Origin: Eledone cirrhosa
Taxonomy: Eukaryota
Assembly: GCA_964016885.1 (NCBI GenBank)
Contig: OZ024741.1
Coordinates: forward strand, 215,264,001-215,328,000
Length of the DNA stretch: 64,000 nucleotides
Direction: 5' to 3'
A model generated the notes under the pieces. The model was not told the DNA's origin and ran no database searches. It saw only the letters and a list, made by a program, of their open reading frames with translations. This document shows positions 41,221 to 54,127 of the stretch, in pieces; the first letter of the stretch is position 1, and each line of letters opens with the position of its first letter. The position numbers and the translations under genes are program-made.

Positions 41221-41812
41221 ATAACGAAGGAAGTGTTGTAAGGAACCAGATGGATCATAACGCACCAGAGTACTCAATACTTAGGGTAATAATTGTTTCT
41301 ACTTTTGGCACAAGGCCAGCAATTACCCAGTGCATTACTGGTACTTTATTTTATCGACCCCGTAAGGATGAAAGGCAAAGTCAACCTCGGCGGGATTTGA
41401 ACTCAGATCGTAAAGGGACGTAACTATGCTGGAAAGCATGGCGTCCGACCCTCTACCGATACTGCCAATCCACCGCCCTTAGGGTAATAATGTGGGTAGT
41501 ATGAAAATATTCAAGACCCCGATGGGCTATTTCTGGACTGAGTCCAGAAATAGCCGTCGAAACGGCTTGAGCTCTGCCGTCGGGGTCTTGAACATTTTCA
41601 TATATACATATATATATAACAAAGATGGTATGGTAAGATACCAGGTGGAACATAAACCACCAGAGTACTCAATACTTAGGGTAGTATAGTGTGGAATCGA
41701 AAAAGAGTCAGGACGGCTGAGGTTCGGCTCTTTCGAGAGCTAGATCCGAACTGTTCGGGTCTAGCTGTTGAAACGGCCGGAGCTTAGCCGTAGGGGTCCT
41801 GAATCGTTTCCT
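41221..41812. mobile_element. Cluster of Penelope pLTR foldback remnants
   Basis: Same families as 3431-3572 and 4510-4703; inverted centres near 41540 and 41752. Confidence 0.7.
41290..41478 (-). mobile_element. tRNA-derived SINE with 13-bp target-site duplication
   Basis: TTAGGGTAATAAT at 41281-41293 and 41479-41491. Confidence 0.88.
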
Positions 41813-42152
41813 ATATACATATATATATATATACACTCAAGTATACATCGCTATTTCAGAGCATCAATCCTAATACATAATTTTTGCTGGACCGGCAATC
41901 GCTCTGTATAATCAGCTCCTGATTAATACTGGAATACTATAAGAATCCAGCTTCTATAATTTTTGGCGCAAGCATGGGGTGCGGGCTCTGATGATCGCCA
42001 ACCAGCGTGATGAAAGAGGCTATTAGCTTCTCTCCCTTCTTTCGCCGAAAAGAAGTAAGTGACATAGTCACTACTTTGAAACCTACAGCGTATGGTTTTC
42101 TAAATGTTTTTAATTAAACATATGGTATATTGCCAAATATACTATACATACA

Positions 42153-42247
<95 letters not shown>

Positions 42248-42711
42248 AATGCCAAACTGTGTTACTTACAATTGGCCAGGCATGGCTTACTTTTTCTTTG
42301 ATACAACGTCACATGCCATTGGTCACAGGACTACTGGTACTACATTTACTTTTGTCCAACAGTGTGATGTACTAGCATGTCATTCAGAACTTTCCATTAC
42401 AGGAAAGCAAACTCCTGCTGAAACCGCCGATCAAGGCCAAAATAACGTAATGCAAAATAACAGTTCCAGCAGACAGGAGATTACGCAACCTTGATAAGGA
42501 GCAAACACTCCGAAACAATATTGTCGATTGTTTTGTCTCAGTTATCGGTGGAACAAAAGGGTGGAATTGTTTACCTATCACGTGGTGTCTTATGAGACTG
42601 CTTATTGTTAACAAACCTATCAATAATATTATGATATTGTTGTAATATTATTTTCATTCACACACGAATACACGTAGGTATCCACCACGTTAAGGACGAA
42701 AATAATTTTGG

Positions 42712-42864
<153 letters not shown>

Positions 42865-42941
42865 TATATGTATATCACAGAAAAAAGAGAATCAGTGTTG
42901 CGACGAAAGGAATTTCTTGGACTTAATACAATTGTTTCTAG

Positions 42942-42992
42942 GGCTTCCTGATGATTTCTCCGGAATGAAACAGTTCTAGACCTGTAGAAGCC
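42942..42992 (+). ncRNA. Type I hammerhead ribozyme
   Basis: GGCTTC-CTGATGA-TTTC(TCCG)GAAT-GAA-ACAG(TTCTAGAC)CTGT-A^GAAGCC; stem I covaries relative to the 20576 copy. Confidence 0.82.
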
Positions 42993-43049
42993 TTTCTACA
43001 TATATATCTCGGTTGTCCATCGTAAACGATCATGAGATCTTCTTTATTG

Positions 43050-43733
43050 TGGTTCCCGTCTGCCGTGGGCACGAAGGTGGTTGGGGAGGCCGATCCTTGA
43101 CCTGCAGGTCCGGGGACTGTAGGGGCAGGAGAAGAGCCGGAGTCAGACTGGCAACTCCCAGAGTTTACCTCCACCTGTTACCTCCGCCTCTTACCTATCG
43201 CCGCAGGGCTTTGGGAGTGCACGCTAAAGAAGAAACCTGTGCGGGAAAGGTTTATAGTGAGAGCGCCAGTGCACAGTGACGGTCCCACTCACTCGGCCGC
43301 AGAAGCCAGAATCTGGTGGTACGGAGGACCGTCACGACCAGAGACTTCCTTGGCTGCAGTGGATGGCCACGACGTCTGTAGTGTCTTACCGTGCCCTAGC
43401 GCTCCACACCACTTGCTGTCGCCGCCTTTGTGACCGTTGGGACGACGTTGTCCTCTTCCACTCACTCTGCCGGGTCCAGTCTTCGCATGCAGGGGCAGCC
43501 ATCCCCTATCTAACTCACCGGGGGGTTTCAGACCCGTCCGGCTACCCTCAACCTGGGTCGGCTCACCAGCCAAAGCGCTTTACCGGGGTGTGGCCGCTGT
43601 CGCATGCTACAGCTTCTTGGGGCCATAGGTGAGAGCTGAGTGTCAGGTGGGACCTAATGCAGGACGAGCTGTCCTGAAAAGAGCATGGCTAGCCCACCCT
43701 ACAGAGGTACATGCCCCTCCCTGACACCCCAGG
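43050..43733 (-). mobile_element. Probable 5' UTR/start of an RTE-clade LINE
   Basis: GC-rich island with strong hairpins (gggtgtcagg/cctgacactc; tggcc/ggcca); resemblance to RTE 5' ends is from memory only. Confidence 0.4.
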
Positions 43734-43767
43734 CATATACACACACATACGTACATGTGTATATATA

Positions 43768-43973
43768 TATTTACACAATTTTGGATAGCCGTTGACTCTT
43801 ATCAGTTCTTCCGTCCTTTGTCAAGTTTTGTTTTTTGTCCTGCAGGGTGTCCAAAATCACCCTCCTCACCAAGTAAACTTGGTGGGGTTGCCAGTTTAGT
43901 CGCCGACGACTCGACCATGCGACAGGTTGTACTGGTTTACATGTTACCAGTAACACTCAAGTTTGACCTGACA
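43768..43973 (-). mobile_element. 5' part of the RTE-related non-autonomous element
   Basis: Reverse complement closely matches ~53541-53747. Confidence 0.7.
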
Positions 43974-44683
43974 TAATACATTTATATATATGTATATGTA
44001 TATATACAAATGGAAGTTCAGTAAAATCCAAGTTATGGCTGTGGCCAAGCTAGCAATATACAATCCGGAATGTGCAGCAAAGCACTCGATATGGGATTAC
44101 CTTAGAGTAATAACATACGTAGAAATCTTGACAAATTGAAGAATGTGGTCGGTGACACAACCACATGTACCAAAGCAACGAGAAAACCAACTCAGGATAT
44201 TTTGACAAACCTTGACCATCTCGATCGATATTATGCAATATCTCCGATTGGTTTCTATAAATTCGAAATCAACAATTCCACTTGTGCAGTAAGCACGTTT
44301 TGAGGTTTGGATGATCGAATAGTGGATTCACTTTATCAACAGGCTTCCGTTCTGTGCTACAAGCGGGTGTGAAACGTAGCAGTAAAACTGCTGGCGGTAA
44401 CGTTGGTTTTTCCCAAGGGAGGTAACCCCCGGTTTTGGCGGTCTGCTTCAAATTGTGGATGATAAGTATAATGATGATGATGATGACGATAATGATAATG
44501 ATGAAGATGATGAGGATGATGATCACTAGACGATGACGACGACAATGATGATAGCGATGATGATGATGATGATAACGATGATGCGGATGATACTGCTGCT
44601 GCTGCTGCTGCTGATGATGATGATGATGAGGAGGAGGAGGGGGAAGAGGAGGAGTAGGAGGAGGAGAGAGAGGGTATTGATGA

Positions 44684-44868
44684 TAATTGTTTCTACATTT
44701 GGCACAAGGCCAGCAATTATCCCACTGCATTACTGGTACTTTATTTTATCGACCCTGCAAGGATAAAAGGCAAAGTTAACCTCGGCGGGTTTTGAACTCA
44801 GATCGTAAAGGGACGTAACTCTGCTGGAAAGCATGGCGTCCGACCCTCTACCGATACTGCCAATCCAT
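44684..44868 (-). mobile_element. tRNA-derived SINE in a (GAT)n region
   Basis: Family body with A and B boxes; ATGATAAT on both sides. Confidence 0.85.
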
Positions 44869-45459
44869 GATAATGACAACGAAGATGATGATGATGAGTA
44901 TAATGATGATTCTGATGATGATAATGCTGCTGCTACTGCTGCTTCTGATGATGTTGATGATGATGATGATGACCATGACGATGGCCATGTTCAGATTCCG
45001 GTCAGTTACCTCCAGCTTGGGGGCTTCTTTTATCAACACTTTCTGGTGGTGGTGGTGGTGGTGGTGGTGGTGGTGGTGGTGGTGTTGATGATGGAGATGG
45101 TGATAGTGATGGTGATAGTGAGTGTGTGTGGCGATGGATGGTGATGGCGATCTTGATGGTGATAGTGATGGTGATGTTGGTGATAATGATGATGATGATG
45201 GTCGTGGTGGTGGTGGTGGTGGTGGTGGTGATGGTGATGGTGATGGTGATGGTGATGTTGATGTTGATGGTGATGGTGATGGCGATGGTTATGGTGATGG
45301 TGATGATACATAGCTGAACTACAGCACCACATCAGATGCCATCTTCCTCAGTTTTCCCATTGTGCTTGAATAACAATCCTTCTGTATAAAGCCCTAGGGG
45401 AAACTGTTAAAGTGTGGTTAAGTGCCTTGTTTCTCTCTGTTCAGTACCACTAACCGTAG

Positions 45460-46478
45460 CCTACAGCATACAACACCACCACACAACACCACACCACACA
45501 ACACCACACCGCACTACATATAGCATACAACACCACCACACAACACCACACCACACTACATATAGCATACAACACCACCACACAACACCACATCACACTA
45601 CATATAACATACAACACCACCACACAACACCACACCGCACTACATATAGCATACAGCTCCACCACACAACACCACACCACACTACATATAGCATACAACA
45701 CCACCACACCACACTACATACAGCATACAGCACCACCACACAACACCACACCACACTACATATAGCACCACTACACCACAACACTACATACAACACCACC
45801 ACACCACAACACTGCCACTAGGTAGCACGCCCTCAACAGATCACCACGTCAACACGCTACAGCACACTACACCACACCACCACACCACCACAACACCACA
45901 CCACCACACCACACCACAACACCACGCCACCACACTACCACACCACCACAACACCACACCACCACAGCACACCACCACACTACACCACAACACCACACCA
46001 CTGCCACTAGGTAACACGCCCTCAACAGATCACCACGTCAACACGCTACAGCACACTACACCACACCACCACACCACCACAACACCACACCACCACACCA
46101 CACCACAACACCACGCCACCACACTACCACACCACCACAACACCACACCACCACAGCACACCACCACACCACACCACAACACCACACCACTGCCACTAGG
46201 TAACACGCCCTCAACAGATCACCACGTCAACACGCTACAGCACACTACACCACACTACCACACCACCACAACACCACACCACACCACCACACCATACCAC
46301 AACACCACGCCACCACACCACAACACTGCCACTAGGTAGCACGCCCTCAACAGATCACCACGTCAACACGCTACAGCACACTACACCACTCCACCACACT
46401 ACCACACCACCACAACACCACACCACTGCCACTAGGTAACACGCCCTCAACAGATCACCACGTCAACACGCTACACCA
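45460..46478. repeat. CAC-rich minisatellite array
   Basis: ~37 bp units at 45460-45800, then a conserved ~55 bp core at 45811, 46000, 46189, 46325 and 46425 separated by CAC-rich spacers. Confidence 0.85.
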
Positions 46479-46769
46479 TAACTCAACTGGTTCTCCCTCG
46501 ATTACGACGATGATTGTTCCAGTTGATCCAATCAACGAAACAGATCGCTCGTGAATTTAACGTGAATGTGGCAGAGCATTCCACAGACAGGTGTACCCTT
46601 AACATAGTTTTCAGGGAGATTCAGCATAACACAGTATGCAAACACCACATAAAATGGATTACATTTTTCTACATGATATTTTACTTTCTTCTTCATGCCT
46701 TTTTTCTTTTCTTTTTCTTTTTCCTTTTCTGACATCCTTTTTTTCAGTCTCACTGTGTTTTCATTTTGT

Positions 46770-47640
46770 CCTTAATTTTAAGTTGTGATGTTGCTGTTCC
46801 ATTCATGTGTTCTATTTAATTTTGGTTGGAGTTCATTTATGTTTATTGCCTCTGTGATTTGTTTAAACATTGCGTCTTTTCTGTGTGTAGATTCTATTTT
46901 TATTTCTATGTTCTCTAATTTACCCTTATGTTCTATTTTAGCAAGCATGTTGGTAGAGTACAGATGATTCTTTACTATGTTGAAGGTCTCGCCAGTGTTC
47001 ATTTATACGTTCCCCTATACTACGAGCTGTCTCACCTATGTACACTATATTTCTATCTCTACATTGTCCTTCAGTACATCTTATGCTATATACTACATTT
47101 CTAGTTTTACAGTTAATATGGGGGATTAATTTACAGATTATACATTTCTTATCTATACAGGGAGGTCTTTGAAAAGGGTATGTATTGCTAATAAGTGTTT
47201 TTTCTGGAGGTACCTGGTCTTTCTACTATCTTAATATTGAGTTTATGTTTATCTAGAGCCCTTCTAAATTTGTAAGCTAATTCACCTCTAGGGGTTGTAT
47301 TGATGAACATTACACTCTGGTATTTATTGCTATCATACCATGAGTTTATTCTATTAGCCTTATTCCTAGTTCTTTCTATTGTATTCCAAAATTTGCTCCT
47401 ATACAAGGGGCAGGTCCCATTTGTGTCATTATTTACCATTTTTTCCCATTTGGTTCAGGCTCCTCTATATACTCTGATTTTATCTCTCTGATTGTAACTA
47501 GAGAACTGCATATGGTGGATGAAGTGTTGTATGTGTCTCTCTAGTTCTTTGGGGTTGCACATGCGGGACACGTTTCTCATCACCCGTACCAAATCCGCAA
47601 TCAGTATGTTGATTTTGGTATGGTCCGAAACAGCTGAGTT
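46770..47640 (-). pseudogene. Penelope-like element 3' fragment of a different clade (RT thumb-linker-GIY-YIG)
   Basis: SVMFINTTPRGELA...KIVERPG; C..KC..C...CKTRNVVYSIRC...VYIGETARSIGERI. Confidence 0.78.
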
Positions 47641-47641
47641 G

Positions 47642-47780
<139 letters not shown>

Positions 47781-47798
47781 AATACATATATATATTAT

Positions 47799-48360
47799 AT
47801 ACTTGCAGATTTACCCGGCGTTGCTCGGGGTTTGAAATTATGCTAAGAATATACAGCTAGGAAGTAAAAGAAGAAAATTATTTGTCCCCAACCTGTCAAA
47901 GCACTAACCGACGCTCAGCAGCGGACAAAGAAGTTGCAATAACTGTACTCAAAGAAGTTGCAATAACTGTACTCAAAGAAGTTGCAATAACTGTACTCAC
48001 CGCATTTAGTGATTGTATATTATCGGCGGAGCGTCATTTACACGCATTGTTTTCTTCGACCGATAGTCAATATGTGCATACTTTCTTTTACGGTTTTAAA
48101 GGTTATCTCCCTTTTTTATAAGGATTCTCAATAAAGTTTATTATCTCCGTTACATCAATTTTTCTACCGATAATTTTGATATCGATTTTTTATTGCTCAA
48201 CGTAGGTCGATTTGAAAAATGTTTGTGATCTGACAATCTTAGCGACCTGTGCAACGTGCACAGAAAATTTGGTCAAATTCAGTTGGTAATTGTGAAAGCC
48301 TTATGCATGAAAGATTGTACACAGACACACACACATCCTCGCTTTTATATATATAAAGAT
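47799..48360 (+). mobile_element. Probable non-autonomous Helentron-associated (HINE/DINE-1-like) element
   Basis: Starts atacttgcagatttacccggcgttgctcggg (subterminal hairpin); ends cacaca..cgcttttatatatata; 3x24-bp tandem repeat at 47927-47998. Confidence 0.5.
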
Positions 48361-48722
48361 AAATATTTATTAAAATAACAGATTAAAGTTTAAGCAAAGA
48401 ATCGCTTCTTTCACCCTTAACGGGATCTACCGATCCAAATAATGACGTATTATCTTCGTTTTTTCCCGTTATTTGCCAGGGAACGTTTCCAGGAACTAAA
48501 GTATCGTCTTCCTGTCTTCCTCCGGTTGCAACGTTCTTTTAAATATTTACTTCTGCGTTCACAGATTGACCTTTTTAGTTTCAGAAGATCCCGTTAAGGG
48601 CGAAGCAGCGATTCTTTGCTTAAATTTGAATCAGTTATTTTAATAAATATTTGCTCTACGGTTCTTATATATTTGATATATATTTATCCTTATCGAGCCC
48701 TCTTTGGATTTTAGTCTTCAAA
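48360..48722. repeat. Foldback copy of the 6660/39140 repeat family
   Basis: ~48361-48428 is the reverse complement of ~48586-48652. Confidence 0.7.
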
Positions 48723-48736
48723 TTTACTATTATTAC

Positions 48737-48831
<95 letters not shown>

Positions 48832-48871
48832 ATATATGTATATATATATGTATATATATATATATATATAT

Positions 48872-48938
<67 letters not shown>

Positions 48939-49152
48939 CATTCACATATACATATATATATATTTATATATGTACATTAACGCATATAACATACTACATA
49001 TATGTATATATTATATAATGTGCGCGCATGTGTGTGTATGTATATTTATGCTTATGTGTCTATACATTCATATAGCATATAAGCATATATGTATATACAA
49101 TTTTATACATATATATGTGTGTATATGAGCGCCCGCTTTTGTGTGACTGTAT

Positions 49153-49266
<114 letters not shown>

Positions 49267-49324
49267 GGGATAACAAGTTACTCTTGATTCTTTAACTATT
49301 ATATACATGTGTGTGTGTGTGCAT

Positions 49325-49383
<59 letters not shown>

Positions 49384-49491
49384 TGTATGTCTGTGTGTCT
49401 GTGTGGCTGTGTGGCTGTGTGCCTGTGTGCCTGTGTGTGTGTGTGTGTGTGTGTGAGTGTGTTTGTGTATGTGTGTGTGTGTGTGTGTGTG

Positions 49492-49532
<41 letters not shown>

Positions 49533-49755
49533 GTATGTGCGCGTTCCTGACAACGAATTTACATGCCTACATACATATGTAGACACATTTCAAACGAAAG
49601 GTTCCCTGAAGATATGAAGACGTGAAGATGTGAAGATCAGAAAATATTCATGGTGATATCATGTTGATATCATAAAATATACCACCTTAGATATCAGAGA
49701 GGAGGAGGAGGAGGAGGAGGAGAAGAAGAAGAAGAAGAAGAAGAAGAAGAAGAAG

Positions 49756-49786
<31 letters not shown>

Positions 49787-49841
49787 CTTAAGCAAGCATT
49801 TTATTGTCGGACATTCAAGAAAGCATTCACCCAGTTGGAAA

Positions 49842-49925
49842 TCAAACGAGGCCGCTCACATCATAAAGATTTTTCTTCAAAAGATCAGGATTCTCATGTT
49901 TGATATTGGCCAAGTAACTTCTCAC
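49842..49925 (-). CDS. Possible terminal exon of an unidentified host gene
   Basis: ttgttgttgttcaag acceptor, VRSYLANIKHENPDLLKKNLYDVSGLV*, AATAAA at 49800-49805; no homology recognised. Confidence 0.25.
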   Translation of the reverse strand: MRSYLANIKHENPDLLKKNLYDVSGLV

Positions 49926-50334
49926 CTTGAACAACAACAACAGCAACAATAAGAACAACAATATCATCAACAGCGACGACGACGACGGCAAGAACTTTCA
50001 TTTCCTTGTAAGTGCTGTCATTTCTCTAGAGTTTTTAACTTGTAACAGAAATGAAACATCATCTTCATCTTCAGTATTATTACTATTACTATCGTCATCT
50101 CTACTGTGCAAACATTGTAAATGATCATTCTATAGGCAAGGCTAACGTCTATACCTTTCTTGACACAATAAGCGAATGATCTATTTAATTGAAATATTGA
50201 TTTCTTTGATTGAAATATCGATTTCTTAGGCACGCCAGAAGCTTTAGATTTATACAACTGAGGTAAATTCAGAAATATATGACACAGCTTACATTTCTTT
50301 GTTTTTATTATCTTTTGACAATAAAGCAATTTTC

Positions 50335-50560
50335 CGACGCTCTATCGATTCTGACGTGACAGAATCGTTAGACCCTCGGGTAAAATTCTTTTGTAGTATT
50401 TCTTTACAGCGCTTTACCTCTTTAGTTGAAACCTTGTTGAAGATGACTTTGCCTTTCATCCCCCGGGATCAACAAAATGAAGAACCAGTTGATACTTGTT
50501 TCAATTTAATCAACTTTTCCTTTCCTTCAAATTGCTGGCCTTCTGCTAATGTTAGAAATT
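50335..50560 (+). mobile_element. Old diverged tRNA-SINE copy
   Basis: gactttgcctttcatcccccgggatcaacaaaatgaagaaccagt resembles the SINE body. Confidence 0.55.
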
Positions 50561-50624
50561 AACCATGTAGTTACGGATTGGTTCAATCTCACTATGTGAT
50601 ATCTTGCATTAGCACAGCATTAAT

Positions 50625-51138
50625 GTATGCATGTCCTTCTGGTTTTAAGGTTCTATAAATGTTTACCAATAGAGAGAGAGAGTTGGTTTCTACCATAGAT
50701 ACAAGACTATCTTATTGGAATTTACACAACATCAATTAGGTAGATATGTATGCATGTCTGTATGCATGTGTGTGCAGGAATGCATGTTGTTGTATGTGTG
50801 GATGTGTATGTTTTGAGTTGTATGTGTGCATGTGCATACGTTTTGTATCTGTAACTAGTTGTGTTCTTTCTGTTTCTGTGAAGCCCAGATTCTCAAGATT
50901 TGTATTGAGGCAGTTATTAACATATCCCAGTTCCCCAGCAATCACAGGCATAAATCTGAAGGTATAGTTAGGATGGATTATCTGCAGATTTCTCATTAAG
51001 TCTGCATAGATATTCTCCTTTTCGCTAGTTTCTAATATTATATAGGCATCTGCTAGGCAGCTAACTTCCACTACTGTGCATGACTTCTTTTCCCTGTCCC
51101 ATATCATTATATATGGTCTGTTCTGCTTGCATTTTATA
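50625..51138 (-). mobile_element. R4/Dong-type LINE 3' fragment
   Basis: RP..MIWDREKKSCTVVEVSC...RNLQIIHPNYTFRFMPVIAGELG (restriction-like endonuclease) plus 3' UTR. Confidence 0.8.
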
Positions 51139-51147
51139 TGTATGTAT

Positions 51148-53320
51148 GTTCTTCTGGTTTTATAATTTCACAAAGTTTTACCAATAGAGAAAGAGTCGGT
51201 TTCTAACATAGACACAAGACTCTCTCATTGGAATTTACACAACATCAACTAGGTAGATATGTATGTATGCATGCATGTGTAGATATGGATGTTATTGTAT
51301 GTGTGGATGTGGATGTTTTGAGTTGTATGTGTGCATGTGTATATGCTTTGCATCTGTACATGTGTATATGCAGTTATTAGATGCAAAATGTTTGGAATGT
51401 TTTACATATGTTTACTCTTCCATTAATGGATTGTACTTGTAGTTTCCTAACTAGTTGTGTTCTTTCTGTTCCTGTGAAGCCTAGCTTCTCAAAATTTGTA
51501 TTGAGGCAGTTACCAACATATCCCAGTGCCCCAATAATCACAGGCATAAATCTGAAGGTGTAATCGGTGGAGTATCTGCAGATTTCTCATCAGTTCTGCA
51601 TAAATATTCTCCCTTTCACTTATCTTTGATATTATATTGGCATCTGCTGGGCAGTTAATTTCTCGTATTGTACAGTGTTTTGGCCACTACATTATGCCTC
51701 ATTGGTAGATAGTACCGCGATGACATCTTTGTCAGCTGCTGATGACATGGGTTATATCCTCGATCTTAGTTCTGCAGAGTCTGCACTTGTTATCACATCT
51801 AGGTGTTTTGCCTGCATCCCTATCTCTTTTGTGAATCAGGTATTTCGTGTTAATCTCCTGTTCCTGGATTGCAAAAGCGTATCCTTCAAAGTGGGAGCCA
51901 ATATAGCGGTTGTTGGTCCAAGAGAGACTACTTTCCTTATCTATATTACTCTCACTCTGGAGCTTCCTGGCAACATATCCATGCATGTTTTTTTGCTGAT
52001 AAGCATGCAGTTTTTCATCCATGGATTCACTGCGATACTGCTGAGCGACATCACTGGGTGTGAGATTTTGTTTATCACACAGGGAATTTCTCTCGAAGAG
52101 TTCCTTCCCAACTCTCATGATCTTATCTGTTTCATGCAGATAGACTTGCTCGAGAAACGGGCTTCTACGCTTCGAGGTTCGTAGATGTTGTCGGAGAGAT
52201 ATGATGCGACATTCAAATGTTGCTAGATTGGGTTGTTGTTTTTCCCCGCTTTACAGTCATGTATGAGCATTTATCTTGGCCAAACTCCATTCCGATATCC
52301 TTTGAGAACGTTGTCACCAGATCAACATTTTTTTTCATCCCATCCATGTTCTTGGCATAGAGTTTCAGATCGTCCACAAAGAAATTATGGGTTAGGTTCG
52401 TATTTCTGTCGTCCTGTGAGCTAATGATGTATCCCTCACATTTCTTGAGCAGAAAGGACAAGGGGTTTAATGACAAGATGAATAATATCACAGAGAGACT
52501 GTCACCCTGAAATATACCCCTGCAATATTTTATTTTATCAGTGAAAATAGAGTCCTCCCTCTCTGTCTTTAACCTTAGGATAGTAGCCGAAGAAGAAGAC
52601 AGCCTCTCTATGGCTCTGACAATAATGTCTGGGACTTTAGCAAGTTGGAGGGCCTCTATCATCCGAGAGGGGGGAACTGAATCGAAAGCTTTCCTGTAGT
52701 CCAGCCAGACTGTAGTCATATTCCTCCTAAGTTGTCGCACCGCCGGCATCGCAGTTTTGTTGATTAGGAGTTGTTCAGAACATCCCCAAACCCTTTTCTT
52801 TCCAGCTGCTTGTTCATCTGTGATGATGTTATTATTTTCACAATGATCATAAAGGAATCGGTTCAAGCAGGTTGTATACATCTTATACATCAGGTTCTGG
52901 CATGCAATGGGTCGGTAGTTTTTTGCCAAGTGGGTGTCTTTGTTCTTGGGGAACAGTAATGTGTGTGCTAATGTCAACCATTCTGGTATAAGTGTATCTC
53001 CCTTAAGAACTTGTTGGTAGAGGTCAGTATATCAGTTTTTTGTACCAGTAGCCGACAATCATGTCTCTTCCTGGTATTTTATTATCTTGGTGTTTACCTG
53101 TCAGAGTCTCAAGGTACCCTCACTTATTTCGTATGTTTTTGTTGTAGTGTAGGAGCAATAGTTCTTTCGGATTTCTCTTAGCCACACTGCATCTTGCTTG
53201 AAATTCTTCTTTTCATCCTATTTTTTGCTCCAAAAGGAATCTCTGTCTTTCTGGGATGGGGCCTCAGTGACACTTATTATTTTGCCCTTCATATCTCTAT
53301 AGACTGATGTTTGGTTTCGT
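51148..53320 (-). mobile_element. 5'-truncated R4/Dong-type LINE (RT, CCHC, RLE), decayed
   Basis: NYRPIACQN, WLDYRKAFDSVP, RGIFQGDSLS, FFVDDLKLY, CRLC..EDITHVISS. Confidence 0.88.
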
Positions 53321-53541
53321 CTAAATCTTTATTAAGCACTTTTCTATCGTCAGGTATCGGCGTATGTATCTATGTATGTATTTATTAATGTATGCATGCA
53401 TGTATGTATATATGTATATATGTATGTATGTATATATGTATATATGTATGTATGTATATATATGTATGTATGTATATATGTATGAATGTATGAATGTATG
53501 AAAGTATGTATGTATGTGTGTATGTATATATATATATATAT

Positions 53542-54063
53542 GTCGGGTCACTCTTGAGTGCTACTGGTAACATGTAACCCAGTACAACTTGGCACATGGT
53601 CGGGTCGTCGACGACTAAACCGGCAACCCCACCAAGTTTACTTGGTGAGGAGGGTGATTTTGGACACCCTGCAGGACAAAAATCAAAACCTGACAAAGCG
53701 CGGCAGAAGAACTCATAAAAGTCAACGGCCATCTGAAAGTGTGTAAACACGCGGTTAAACCACTGTGAGTGAAGGACCCGTAGCCTGTGTCAAGGCATTC
53801 TTCTTGGAGAAGGCAACTTAGGAAACTGGGATAACTCCGATATAAACCTGCGGCTCAGTAATTAACGATGATATTGATCTTTTTTTCTTTTCTGGTTATA
53901 TATAGCTACTGTCGCTCAGAGAGTGGGATTGGCTCAGTGCACAGTCTTTCCTCACTTTAAAAAATATCTCCACGCACATGCATTGCACGATAGAATTAAT
54001 TAATAATTATTAATAATGGTATATCGTGCAATGGCCATACTCGATAACGAGGAGGCAGCCATC

Positions 54064-54064
<1 letters not shown>
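53542..54064 (+). mobile_element. Non-autonomous RTE-related element with structured 5' end
   Basis: Shares blocks with 43768-43973 and 25246-25741; microsatellite flanks. Confidence 0.6.

Positions 54065-54120
<56 letters not shown>

Positions 54121-54127
<7 letters not shown>

Noticed and set aside
41281-41286. TTAGGG as telomeric sequence
   Set aside because: Single hexamers duplicated as part of a TSD; no array
42363-42494. Possible plus-strand terminal exon after a ...tttgtccaacag acceptor
   Set aside because: No recognisable protein and no compatible open upstream exon found
44460-45310. Poly-His/Asp/Met/Val ORFs
   Set aside because: (GAT)n and (GGT)n trinucleotide repeats interrupted by a SINE
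45811-46478. CRISPR-like repeat-spacer pattern
   Set aside because: Spacers are low-complexity, mutually similar and variable in length; no cas genes; eukaryotic context
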